NCBI GenBank assembly: GCA_018818965.1
Contig: JAHJQX010000010.1
Coordinates: forward strand, 4,579-68,578
DNA from: Patescibacteria group bacterium
GTDB taxonomy: Bacteria > Patescibacteriota > JABMPQ01
Length of the DNA: 64,000 nucleotides
Direction: 5' to 3'
Shown here one piece after another: positions 1-9,374 of the stretch (within the stretch, counting starts at the first letter, position 1; each line of letters opens with the position of its first letter). Below the pieces are notes generated by a model. That model made no database searches and was not told the origin of the DNA. It saw nothing but the letters and a program-made list of their open reading frames with translations. The translations under genes and the position numbers were made by a program.

Positions 1-696
1 GAGGTTGAAAGTGAAGGGACAAAAGATAGTGACCAACTAGAGGGAACGAACGAGGAGACAAGTAACACGGAACAGGAAAAAGTAGAAAAGCAGTCCGAAC
101 CCGAACCAATTCCCGCCAGTCATCAACTCACCGCCGCTTTCATCCCTCAAGCTCCTTTCCACGATTGGTCGGAGCCGTGGCAGAATGCTTGCGAGGAAGC
201 AGCGCTGCTCGTCGCTCACCACTATATTCAGGGCGATAAGACAGTCCCGCCAGCGCAGGTCAAGCAAGAAATTCAAGCAATGCTTAATTGGCAGGATAAA
301 TATTACGGAACCCACAAAGATCTAGTGGCCGCCGAGGTAGCGGAAATGGCGCGGGAATATTTAGGCTACGAAGATGTCGAAGTGGCCTACGATATTACGA
401 TCGAAGATATAAAAAGAGAAGTGACAGCTGACAATCCAGTAATTATACCCGCTGCCGGCCGCACGCTTAATAATCCTAACTACACTGCTCCGGGACCGGT
501 TTACCATATGCTGACGGCAATTGGCTATACTGAGAGCACAATTATTACCAATGATCCAGGCACACGCAAAGGAGCGGGCTTTACTTTCACTTATGACAAT
601 TTTTATAACTCTATCCACGATTTTGTCGCCGGGGCGAATGCCAAGCCAGCCTTGATGGGGGAGGGAAGGCGGGCGATGGTGGTGGTTAACAAATAG
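1..696 (+). CDS. C39-like cysteine peptidase family protein (5' partial; frame open from base 1)
   Basis: Frame 1 is open from position 1: acidic linker, then FIPQAPFHDWSEPWQNACEEAA (catalytic Cys), YHMLTAIGY and ITNDPG (His/Asp). The ORF-track start at 280 is internal. Confidence 0.8.
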   Translation, partial: EVESEGTKDSDQLEGTNEETSNTEQEKVEKQSEPEPIPASHQLTAAFIPQAPFHDWSEPWQNACEEAALLVAHHYIQGDKTVPPAQVKQEIQAMLNWQDKYYGTHKDLVAAEVAEMAREYLGYEDVEVAYDITIEDIKREVTADNPVIIPAAGRTLNNPNYTAPGPVYHMLTAIGYTESTIITNDPGTRKGAGFTFTYDNFYNSIHDFVAGANAKPALMGEGRRAMVVVNK

Positions 697-705
697 GCTT
701 GCGAG

Positions 706-739
706 AGCCCTTATTCTAGTTGTAGTTAAGGGGATTTTT
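706..739 (+). terminator. Probable intrinsic terminator
   Basis: CCCTTA...TAAGGG stem followed by ATTTTT just after the stop codon. Confidence 0.5.
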
Positions 740-842
740 ATTGTTGTACAAATTTGACAATTCTATTGACAATTGTTCTAATATTAGGTAACTTGACTAG
801 CTTTTAGACTAGTGATAAAAGCCCTATTTATTGAGAAAAATT

Positions 843-895
843 AAATTATTTTGCCTAATTAGCCGTTTAAAATAGTTAATTAGGCAAGGTAATTT
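843..895 (+). other. Long leader hairpin (21-bp stem with G.U pairs)
   Basis: 843-863 pairs with 875-895; three G.U pairs on the + strand. Confidence 0.65.
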
Positions 896-948
896 TTGAA
901 CGCAACTTTTCAAACTTGTGGCTAAAATGCTGCAAAAGGAAATCTATC

Positions 949-2424
949 GTGAAACTTGAAATCACAACTTCCGTGGTCTTTTTTTCAACCATCAGTCTGA
1001 TCGTTGGCTATCTGCTGGGAGTGATTACTGCCCTGGTGGCGGTGATTATTCGCCGCAATCGAAGAGGTAACAAATCCCAGAAAGAGGAGGTTATGCCCTC
1101 AGTTTCAGCCGAAATACCTGGAGCGATGCCGGCAACCTCTGCTCCTGCCACCTCTCAACCGCCAGCCCCCGGTCCTCAGCCCACTATCCAGGCCTCGGCG
1201 GGCTTTCTCAAGGTTGAGTTGTCAGATAGTCGGCTAGGCATTGATGGTAAGCTGTCAATAAAACTAACCAACACTGGCCTTGAGCCAGTGAGAGTCGAAA
1301 AGCTTTGGGTTAGATCAGCGGGAGGAAACATCTATCTGACGCTTTGTCAAAAAGTGGATGCTTTCGGCTTGGGAGCTGGATGTGAGAAAACGATTGACAT
1401 CTTGCTCGAAGGCGGAGGAGACCGTAGTTGGCAGGACGTTTCCAAAATTGTTCTCGAGGTTGGGGTCAAGGCGGGTGGTAAGAATTTCACCGAGAAATAT
1501 CCACCGTTTCCCCTCACGCCTGTCATCCCCCCCGGATTTTCTCCCGAACAGTCTCATGCCAAGACCAGTTCGACCACCAGCCTGTTCCGGTGGTGGGCCG
1601 ATATGGTTCCCAGTGAGGCTCCTGACGGCTGCCAGGTGAAGTTTGTCGACCTGGCTCTGCTCTACCCACCTGATCGATGTGTGTTGTTTTCTGATCTGGC
1701 TGACTGGGATGGGCAGGAGGCAAGGGAGGTGTCTGCAGCTGGCACAGACCTGACGGTCAAGCTCAGCGCTGGCAAGTTCGAGCTGGTCAGCCAGGATCCG
1801 CTGGCAACGACTCAGTGGCCGACAGGCTGCCGATTGTCGTTAACCCTCACTCACCGTGGGAGCCGATTTCAGATTCACTCGAATCAGTTCTTCAGCTTCG
1901 ATCCGCCGGAGCTGAAGATTGATGAAGGCCTGACAGAGCTGCATGCTGGTCTGGGTCGTCTTCCGTCGATGAGCTCGCCAGGAGGCAACATTAATATGAC
2001 CCGAACTATTCGGGAGCTAAGAGGCTTTTTGAAAGGATTGGCAGATTTAGAACAGACTAGACAGATCATTTTACCTCGATACCTTAAGGGGGTAAGTGAG
2101 AGGTTTCTTAGCCCCTTTGGCGTCGCCCTTAGAAAGAGATACAGCACTGACCCCCTGTTTGTTAAACAGAGGGAAGGTGGGGAGGTCTGGCACGATTGTC
2201 TGAGGGAGTTTGCCTGGGCTTGGGCACAGTCTTCAGGGCAGGCGGAGCTACTCTGGTGGCCAGCGCTTGATGGCTCATTATCAGGCAAGGAAGGGGAGGA
2301 TTATAGCGTTATTACGACAATTGGCAAGGACGGATCTTCCCATGTTTATTGGGTTTATTCTCCAGGTTGGCTCGAGAGAGGTCCGGGAATGAGATCTGGC
2401 CAGGTTTATATTTACAAGCGATGA
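949..2424 (+). CDS. Orphan membrane-anchored protein (N-terminal TM, Pro/Ala linker, beta-rich domains)
   Basis: ORF 916-2424; likely GTG start at 949 after AAGGA; hydrophobic helix followed by RRNRR; GC-richer than neighbours. Confidence 0.7.
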   Translation: MKLEITTSVVFFSTISLIVGYLLGVITALVAVIIRRNRRGNKSQKEEVMPSVSAEIPGAMPATSAPATSQPPAPGPQPTIQASAGFLKVELSDSRLGIDGKLSIKLTNTGLEPVRVEKLWVRSAGGNIYLTLCQKVDAFGLGAGCEKTIDILLEGGGDRSWQDVSKIVLEVGVKAGGKNFTEKYPPFPLTPVIPPGFSPEQSHAKTSSTTSLFRWWADMVPSEAPDGCQVKFVDLALLYPPDRCVLFSDLADWDGQEAREVSAAGTDLTVKLSAGKFELVSQDPLATTQWPTGCRLSLTLTHRGSRFQIHSNQFFSFDPPELKIDEGLTELHAGLGRLPSMSSPGGNINMTRTIRELRGFLKGLADLEQTRQIILPRYLKGVSERFLSPFGVALRKRYSTDPLFVKQREGGEVWHDCLREFAWAWAQSSGQAELLWWPALDGSLSGKEGEDYSVITTIGKDGSSHVYWVYSPGWLERGPGMRSGQVYIYKR

Positions 2425-2434
2425 TCTTTCACAG

Positions 2435-2467
2435 TCCCCAGCGTTTCGACGTTTGGGGATTTTTTTA
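2435..2467 (+). terminator. Intrinsic terminator with UUCG loop
   Basis: GTCCCCAGCGT-TTCG-ACGTTTGGGGAT followed by a T-run. Confidence 0.8.
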
Positions 2468-2510
2468 TAAGCGGAATTCTGCTACGGAATTTTATCGACA
2501 AATATCCCAA

Positions 2511-2538
2511 TTGACACCCTCTTACAATCAGCTAAAAT
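2511..2538 (+). promoter_or_regulatory. sigma70 promoter of glmS operon
   Basis: TTGACA-16 nt-TAAAAT, 23 nt before the ATG. Confidence 0.6.
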
Positions 2539-2561
2539 AGACCTATTATATAACAAACGAT

Positions 2562-4388
2562 ATGTGTGGAATAATAGGTTATGTCGGAAAAAAAGAAGCG
2601 CTGCCTATCCTCCTGCAAGGGCTACGACGCTTGGAATACCGCGGTTATGACAGTGCGGGAGTGGCAATAGCTAACAAAGGCAAGATCTGTCGGGTAAAGT
2701 CTGTCGGTCGAATAGATAAGTTAACGGAGAAGGCTAAAGGCAAAAATCTAGCTGGTACTATTGGCATTGCCCACACTCGTTGGGCTACCCATGGCGGGGT
2801 GACGGAGGTTAACGCCCATCCGCATACTTCTTGTGGCGACAAAATCACTCTTGTTCATAATGGCATTATCGAAAATTACCAAGAGCTTAAAGAAAAATTG
2901 AGCGCGAAGCATAAATTTCTTTCCGACACTGATTCGGAAGTAATGGCACATTTGATTGAAAGTTATTACCAAGATGACCTGCGCGCAGCGGTCGAGCAAG
3001 CGCTGGCTGAAGTACGTGGTACTTATGGTATCGCCGTGATGTCAAGTGACGAGCCAGACAAGATTATTATTGCCCGCCTGGGTAGTCCGATTGTAATTGG
3101 CCTGGGTCGGGATGAATATTTTGTGGCCAGTGATCCGACACCTTTACTACCGCACACTAAAGAAATGGTTTTTCTCGATGATGGTGAGCTAGCGGAGATT
3201 ACTAGTGAGGGAGTAAAGACATATAACCTAGAGCAGCACAGAGCTGTTAAAAAAGAAGTGGAGACAATCGACTGGGATGAAGCTAAGGCGCAAAAGCAAG
3301 GCTACCAGCATTTCATGTTTAAAGAGATCTCCGAGCAATCGCATGTTTTGCAAGATGCCATTCGCGGTCGCTACGACGAGGAGGAAGGCACGGCTCATCT
3401 TGGCGGTCTCAATATGACTGAGGAGGAAATGCGCAAGATTAATCGGGTGGTCTTTATCGCCTGTGGAACAGCTTCCTACGCGGCCATGATTGGAAAATAT
3501 GCTTTTGAGCGGTTGGCTGGGATCTCGACGGAGGTAGATGTTTCCAGTGAGTTTCGTTATCGTGATCCGGTAGTGGATAAGCACACACTAGTTTTTGCTG
3601 TCTCGCAATCGGGGGAGACTTTGGACACCCTGGCAGCTTTGCGTGAAGCCAAGCGACGAGGCGCCCAGGTACGAGGGATTATCAATTCGATTGGTTCGAC
3701 CATTGCCCGGGAAACGGATGGTGGTACCTATATCCACGCTGGCCCGGAACTAGCAGTTGCTTCGACTAAGGCGTATACCAATATGACGGCCATTATGTTT
3801 CTTTATGCTTTGCAATTTGGCCGACTACGAGGGGTATCGCTCGGAACAGGGAAAAAATTAATCAAAGCGCTCTTGGAAATCCCGACCAAGATAGAATCGA
3901 TTCTTGAGCAAAGTAACGAAATTAAAAAACTAGCTAAGAAATATAGTAAATATGAAGCTTTCTTGTATTTGGGACGAGGAGTTAACTTTCCCGTAGCTTT
4001 GGAGGGATCACATAAGCTTAAAGAGATTTCATATATCCACAGCGAAGCTTATCCGGCAGGCGAGATGAAGCATGGCGTCAATGCACTGCTCTCCGAAGAC
4101 TTTCCCGTTTTTGCGATTGCCACCCAGAATCAGCTGTACGAGAAAATGATCAGTAATATCGAGGAGGTAAAGGCGCGTCAGAGCAAAATTGTTATCCTGG
4201 CCAATGAAGGCGATGAAAAAATAGCCGATCTGGCTGATGACGTTATCTATATTCCCGAAACCATGGAGTTGCTAGAGCCCCTGCTTAATACTATCCCACT
4301 GCAAATCTTTGCTTATCATATGGCAGTTCTACTGGGGCGGGACGTTGACCGACCGCGTAATTTAGCCAAGAGCGTAACGGTTGAATAA
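2562..4388 (+). CDS. glmS: Glutamine--fructose-6-phosphate aminotransferase
   Basis: MCGIIG N-terminus, GIAHTRWATHG, SQSGET, C-terminal PRNLAKSVTVE. Confidence 0.98.
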   Translation: MCGIIGYVGKKEALPILLQGLRRLEYRGYDSAGVAIANKGKICRVKSVGRIDKLTEKAKGKNLAGTIGIAHTRWATHGGVTEVNAHPHTSCGDKITLVHNGIIENYQELKEKLSAKHKFLSDTDSEVMAHLIESYYQDDLRAAVEQALAEVRGTYGIAVMSSDEPDKIIIARLGSPIVIGLGRDEYFVASDPTPLLPHTKEMVFLDDGELAEITSEGVKTYNLEQHRAVKKEVETIDWDEAKAQKQGYQHFMFKEISEQSHVLQDAIRGRYDEEEGTAHLGGLNMTEEEMRKINRVVFIACGTASYAAMIGKYAFERLAGISTEVDVSSEFRYRDPVVDKHTLVFAVSQSGETLDTLAALREAKRRGAQVRGIINSIGSTIARETDGGTYIHAGPELAVASTKAYTNMTAIMFLYALQFGRLRGVSLGTGKKLIKALLEIPTKIESILEQSNEIKKLAKKYSKYEAFLYLGRGVNFPVALEGSHKLKEISYIHSEAYPAGEMKHGVNALLSEDFPVFAIATQNQLYEKMISNIEEVKARQSKIVILANEGDEKIADLADDVIYIPETMELLEPLLNTIPLQIFAYHMAVLLGRDVDRPRNLAKSVTVE

Positions 4389-4390
4389 AT

Positions 4391-5044
4391 ATGAAATACA
4401 AAGCAGCCATCTTTGATATGGACGGGGTTTTGGTTGATAGTGAATATTATTGGCAAAAATTTGAATTAAAGATCTGGCAGCGTTTGGGAGTGGACACTAA
4501 TCAGGAATTTCGTGAGCAGATAGTGGGCTTGGGGATTAGTAGTATTGCCAAGCTTCTTAAAGAGGAGCATGACATAAATATTTCAGCGGATAAGTTGGCG
4601 GCTGAATTAAATGAAGAAGCCAAGCAGGTTTATCTAGAATATTGCGATTTGATCCCGGGAGTCACCGAATTATTAGATAAATTAAAAAACAACTCAGTCC
4701 AATTATCTTTAGCCTCAGCTTCGCCACAGAATTGGGTAGATATGGTGATAGATAGATTTAGCCTAAAAAAATATTTCTCCTTGACTTTATCAACTCGCAC
4801 TATGCAGATACCACCCAAGCCTGATCCAGCTGTCTTCATTCGGGCGATGGAGGAGATGCAGGTAAGTCCAAATACGACATTGATATTTGAAGATTCTAGC
4901 TATGGCGTGTTGGCTGGCAGCCGTAGCGGGGCAACGGTGGTAGCTGTCAAGGATGGTCGCTGGTTAACGGGTGATATTGAGCCGGCTGATTTGGTCATCA
5001 AGTCGTTTACGGATGAGAGGTTAGAAGAGTTTTTGATAGAGTAG
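4391..5044 (+). CDS. HAD family phosphatase (beta-PGM-like)
   Basis: IFDMDGVLVDSE, KPDP and FEDS motifs. Confidence 0.9.
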   Translation: MKYKAAIFDMDGVLVDSEYYWQKFELKIWQRLGVDTNQEFREQIVGLGISSIAKLLKEEHDINISADKLAAELNEEAKQVYLEYCDLIPGVTELLDKLKNNSVQLSLASASPQNWVDMVIDRFSLKKYFSLTLSTRTMQIPPKPDPAVFIRAMEEMQVSPNTTLIFEDSSYGVLAGSRSGATVVAVKDGRWLTGDIEPADLVIKSFTDERLEEFLIE

Positions 5045-5046
5045 TC

Positions 5047-5197
5047 TGCAGTCATTCTGATATATTTTGAAGGATTTTGAGAGGTTGAGCGGGCATGGTT
5101 TCCCGATTCTGATCGGGAAGAGCGAAACCTCTCCCAAAGTTAGATTTCCTCGCCGGGGAAATCTAACGCTCCTTCAGGATGTATCAGAATGACTGCA
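5047..5197 (+). ncRNA. Unassigned structured element (three-way junction; ncRNA or MITE/REP-like)
   Basis: 28-bp closing stem 5047-5074/5170-5197, plus inner stems 5076-5138 (containing 5099-5119) and 5139-5167. Confidence 0.6.
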
Positions 5198-5224
5198 AAT
5201 AAGACTGGTTGATAAACATAAATT

Positions 5225-6562
5225 ATGCCACACAAGCTATTCGGCACCGACGGTATCCGCGGAAAATATGGCGAGGAACCAGTCACACCGGCCACAGCAG
5301 CCAAGTTAGGTCGGGCAGTGGTGGATTACTTTGGTGGCGAGAATAAATCTCCCCAAATCGTGATTGGACGTGATACTAGAGAGAGTGGTTCTGAGTTAGA
5401 GAGTGCTTTGATTGAAGGCGTCACTTCTCGGGGCGGGAAAGTTATTCGCTTAGGCGTAGTACCAACCCCGACCGTAGCCTATATTACCAAAGTGCGATCA
5501 GCTGCAGCTGGTATAGTGATTTCTGCTTCCCATAATCCTTATTATGATAATGGTCTAAAAATATTTGCGGCTGACGGCTATAAGTTACCGGATGAGGTAG
5601 AAAAAGAACTAGAGAAATCGATTTTAGCAGATGATTATACTTTCACTAGTAAAATTATCGCGGATGGTGCTCAAAATAGTAATGAATATATAGAATTTGC
5701 CAAAGAGTCTGTTGGCGAATTGTCTCTCAAGGGGATGAAAATAGCCCTCGACTGTGCCAATGGCGCGGCATATAAATTGGCTCCGCAGATTTTCCGGGAA
5801 TTAGGAGCGGAAGTTGAGATAATAAACAATCAGCCTAACGGTAAAAATATTAACGATAATTGTGGCAGCCAGTTTTTGGCTGGCCTACAAGCCTCAACAA
5901 AAGAAAAAAACTGCGATATCGGCATTGCTTTTGATGGTGACGCTGATCGGGTGATTATTTGTGACGAGAAGGGCAAAGAATTGAACGGTGATCATATTTT
6001 GGCCCTGAGTAGCCTTGATTTGTTGGAGAAAGATGAGCTGATTGGCAAAACCGTCGTCGTAACTGAGTACAGCAATTTGGGCCTAGACAAATTACTGGAG
6101 TCACGGGGAGTTAAGGTAGTACGGGTATTAAACGGTGACCGATATGTTATTGAAGAGATGCGCAAAAACGGGTATATTTTAGGAGGAGAACGTTCTGGTC
6201 ATATTATTTTTGGTCAGCTAACTACGACGGGTGATGGTATTATTGCCGCCTTACAAATCGCATCGCTACTCAAAGAAAGAAATCAGTCACTTTCCGAGCT
6301 GGCGAGTGTTTTAAAAGAGTACTCTCAAGTTTTGCTTAGTGTGCCAGTCGCCGAGAAGAAAGATCTGTCTGAGTTGAGTATGACCCAACAGGCTGTTGAG
6401 CAAGCCAAGGAGGAACTAGCTGATCAGGGTCGAGTGTTGATAAGGTATTCCGGAACAGAGATGAAAGCACGAGTATTAGTGGAAGGACAAAGCCAAACGC
6501 AAGTCAATAAATTTGCTAATGAAATTGCCCAGACGTGGCAGAAAGAGGTTAATAATAATTAA
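5225..6562 (+). CDS. glmM: Phosphoglucosamine mutase
   Basis: LFGTDGIRG, ISASHNP, FDGDADR, GGERSGH, RYSGTE. Confidence 0.96.
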   Translation: MPHKLFGTDGIRGKYGEEPVTPATAAKLGRAVVDYFGGENKSPQIVIGRDTRESGSELESALIEGVTSRGGKVIRLGVVPTPTVAYITKVRSAAAGIVISASHNPYYDNGLKIFAADGYKLPDEVEKELEKSILADDYTFTSKIIADGAQNSNEYIEFAKESVGELSLKGMKIALDCANGAAYKLAPQIFRELGAEVEIINNQPNGKNINDNCGSQFLAGLQASTKEKNCDIGIAFDGDADRVIICDEKGKELNGDHILALSSLDLLEKDELIGKTVVVTEYSNLGLDKLLESRGVKVVRVLNGDRYVIEEMRKNGYILGGERSGHIIFGQLTTTGDGIIAALQIASLLKERNQSLSELASVLKEYSQVLLSVPVAEKKDLSELSMTQQAVEQAKEELADQGRVLIRYSGTEMKARVLVEGQSQTQVNKFANEIAQTWQKEVNNN

Positions 6563-6573
6563 AATAATAATTC

Positions 6574-8610
6574 ATGATAGACAATTGCCAAGAATTTGCT
6601 TCCGGTCACCGAAGTTGTCGGGGTTGCACAGCGGTGCCGCAGCCAATTCGCTATACTATTTCGGCGATGAAGGAAGAGGGGATCCCAGTTGTAATTGCTA
6701 ATGCTACGGGGTGTACTGAGGTTACCTCGACTATTTCACCTTATACCTGTTGGAATGTGCCTTATATACACAGCGTGTTTGCTAATGTTGCGGCCACCGC
6801 CTCCGGGATAGAGTCAGCCTACAAGGCGTTGGCCAAAAGTGGCAAACTTAAAGAGATAAATGGCGGTAAGGATATAAAAAAACCAGCTATTATTGCTCTC
6901 GCCGGTGATGGCGGCTCCTATGATATTGGTCTGCAAGCTCTCTCGGGAGCATTTGAGCGACGTCATGATTTTGTCTATATTTGCTACGACAACGAAGCTT
7001 ATATGAATTGCTTGTCTACGGATTCTCTGGTAATGACTGCAGCCGGATTGAAGAAAATTACTGAGGTAAAAAAAGGAGAAAAAGTATGCACTTTTGATCA
7101 GAAAGACTACAAGCTAGTTTTAAAGAAATGCACTGGCGTTTTTGATAATGGTATAAAACAAGTATATAATCTTAAAACCTTTCATCACGACATTAAGGCT
7201 ACTACCAATCATCCCTTTTTAGTATTACAGCGGGGAGGTCGGGGAGGAAAAAATAAATTTATTTGGAAAGTGCTTGGTAAAATCAAACCAGGGGACGAAG
7301 TGGTGGTATCGAAAAAAATAGACGAGGGTAAATCTTTTGATTTTCATTTTAAGAAAACAAAGGTCGGAGATTACAAAGTGTCTCATCTAAATAAAATTAT
7401 ATTACCGAAAAATTCCAGTCCGGACTTGATGAAATATCTGGGATTATATGTTGGTGATGGTTGGCTGCGAGAAAAAAAGGGAGAAGTTGGTTTTGCGTTG
7501 CCGGCTAACACTTCTGGCCGACGAGCTTTAGTTGCCTTACATCGTAAAATTTTTCAGAGTAAGGTAAAAACTGATGAACTATATGCTTATATTAATTCAG
7601 TTAATCTGGCTAAATTTATTAAGTCGCTCGGTTTTGGTCAGGGGGCAGAAAATAAGCGGGTACCGTTCTGGATTTTTACTTTGCCACAAAAAGAAAAGGA
7701 AGCTTTTTTGGAAGGACTGATGTTATCTGATGGATACAAGCATGGTAATAGCTGGCGATACGTTTCTGCTAGTGGAGGGCTATTGCAAACTCTACGTTTA
7801 TTACTGCAAACTTTTGATTATCGAGTGGGTGGTATCCATTGGCAAACTAAAAAGAAAGGCACCAAGGTGGTTTACCGCAGATTGCTTAAGGATGCTAAAT
7901 ATGGCTATATTTGCTTTAGTAAAAAGCGTAAGTGGAATTTAGAGAAATATCCCAACCAATATAAATATCAAAATTTCTTAGTTGATAATGACTATTTTAA
8001 TGTCGAAAAGGTAAAATCTGTAAAGCTAGTTGGTCGAGAACCAACATTGGATTTGAGAGTAGAGGGCGAACATAACTTTATTGCTGATGGGGTTGTAGTT
8101 CACAATACCGGCAATCAACGTTCTTCCGCTACTCCCTTTGGTAGCGCCACTTCTACCACCCCAGCGGGAAAAAAGATTGGCGGCAAACAACGCCAACGCA
8201 AAGATTTAACTAAAATAGCGGTCGCTCATAATATTCCCTACGTGGCTACTGCCGCTGTTAGCCACCGCGCTGATTTTATGACCAAAGTAAAGAAAGCCGT
8301 GGCGGTCGATGGGCCAGCATTTATTAATATCTTAGCCCCTTGCACTTTGGGCTGGAAATTTCCGGAGGATATGGGAATTACTATCGCGCGCTTGGGAGTT
8401 GAGACAAACTACTGGCCACTCTACGAGGTTGAGGACGGAGAATATAAGTTGAGTTATCAGCTAAAACAGCGCAAGCCGATCACGGAATTTGTTAAATTGC
8501 AGGGACGGTTTAAGCACTTATTTAAAGACAAGGATCAACTGGTTATAACAGAGATGCAAAAATATGTTGATGATCAATGGCGTCGGTTATTATCTTTGTG
8601 CGGTAAGTAA
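6574..8610 (+). CDS. porB: Pyruvate/2-oxoacid:ferredoxin oxidoreductase beta subunit, intein-containing
   Basis: GHRSCRGC, ATGC, AGDGGSYDIG, YDNEAYMN|TGNQRSSATP, APCTLGW; 312 aa after intein removal. Confidence 0.92.
   Translation: MIDNCQEFASGHRSCRGCTAVPQPIRYTISAMKEEGIPVVIANATGCTEVTSTISPYTCWNVPYIHSVFANVAATASGIESAYKALAKSGKLKEINGGKDIKKPAIIALAGDGGSYDIGLQALSGAFERRHDFVYICYDNEAYMNCLSTDSLVMTAAGLKKITEVKKGEKVCTFDQKDYKLVLKKCTGVFDNGIKQVYNLKTFHHDIKATTNHPFLVLQRGGRGGKNKFIWKVLGKIKPGDEVVVSKKIDEGKSFDFHFKKTKVGDYKVSHLNKIILPKNSSPDLMKYLGLYVGDGWLREKKGEVGFALPANTSGRRALVALHRKIFQSKVKTDELYAYINSVNLAKFIKSLGFGQGAENKRVPFWIFTLPQKEKEAFLEGLMLSDGYKHGNSWRYVSASGGLLQTLRLLLQTFDYRVGGIHWQTKKKGTKVVYRRLLKDAKYGYICFSKKRKWNLEKYPNQYKYQNFLVDNDYFNVEKVKSVKLVGREPTLDLRVEGEHNFIADGVVVHNTGNQRSSATPFGSATSTTPAGKKIGGKQRQRKDLTKIAVAHNIPYVATAAVSHRADFMTKVKKAVAVDGPAFINILAPCTLGWKFPEDMGITIARLGVETNYWPLYEVEDGEYKLSYQLKQRKPITEFVKLQGRFKHLFKDKDQLVITEMQKYVDDQWRRLLSLCGK
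7009..8106 (+). mobile_element. Intein with LAGLIDADG homing endonuclease (366 aa)
   Basis: Starts CLSTDSLV; block B ATTNHPF; YLGLYVGDG and FLEGLMLSDG helices; ends HNFIADGVVVHN followed by Thr. Confidence 0.95.
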
Positions 8611-8635
8611 TTAAATAATTAAGAGTAATAAAAAT

Positions 8636-9343
8636 ATGTCTGCCGCTAAAGCACAAACTACTATCAAATCCACTCCTGCTCCACCACCTCAGACTCCCAC
8701 CGAGCAACCCCCAGCTAGTAAAGGTAAGTCTAAGGGAGGCAAAATAGCTTGCAGCATCACTCTCGGTTGTTTAGTGGCGGCGTTGATTAGTGCTGTTTTG
8801 GGTTACTATATTTATCAACAAGTACAAAAGAGAGCCGAAGAGAAGCTGGAGGGAATCTCGTTTGCAGAGTTGGAGAAAAATTTAACCAATTTCCCTAGTA
8901 CAGAAGAATTAGATAAAATAGCCAAAAATGCTGCTGATGATTCAGCTAAATCGGCACAAAAATCAGGCCAAGTAGGAGAGGAATTGTCTGACGGCGAGGT
9001 GACTATCACAGTTAATTCTTCCCAGCGACAGGATAAAATAGGGGACAACACTCCGATGGCCGACTATGAATATATTGTAGTTAATGTTACTCTTAAAAAC
9101 GAACTGCAGCAGGAGATCTCTGTGTTCACCTCTAACTTTTTTCTCCGTGATGGCAACGCCAATCAATACTATGAGGCCTATCTAGAAGGAGATTCAGTTG
9201 AACAGCCGATCGCTGCCTGGCAGTACCTCTCCATCGGACAAAGTATAGTTGGTAATATAGTATTTGAAGCCAAGAAAGACGTCGGTGATCTCGATGTGAT
9301 GTATGATGGGGAGAAGGTTTTAGAATTTAAGCCAGTAAGTTAG
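8636..9343 (+). CDS. Membrane-anchored DUF4352-like (Ig-fold) protein
   Basis: Single TM helix, then EYIVVNVTLKN...FFLRDGNANQY...GNIVFE pattern. Confidence 0.7.
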   Translation: MSAAKAQTTIKSTPAPPPQTPTEQPPASKGKSKGGKIACSITLGCLVAALISAVLGYYIYQQVQKRAEEKLEGISFAELEKNLTNFPSTEELDKIAKNAADDSAKSAQKSGQVGEELSDGEVTITVNSSQRQDKIGDNTPMADYEYIVVNVTLKNELQQEISVFTSNFFLRDGNANQYYEAYLEGDSVEQPIAAWQYLSIGQSIVGNIVFEAKKDVGDLDVMYDGEKVLEFKPVS

Positions 9344-9374
9344 TTTTTGTTATTCATATATTAATAAAACGAAC

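Noticed and set aside
37-618. Short antisense and overlapping ORFs here and throughout the track (e.g. 1884-2288, 38053-38589, 48382-48840)
   Set aside because: They are shadows of well-supported genes on the other strand or frame and carry no motifs.
2425-2561. glmS ribozyme upstream of glmS
   Set aside because: The region holds only a terminator and a promoter ~23 nt from the ATG; there is no room or motif for the ribozyme.
5047-5197. 6S, SRP or tRNA identity for the structured element
   Set aside because: No SRP domain IV motif, no TTCGA T-loop, and a branched shape rather than a rod with a central bubble.
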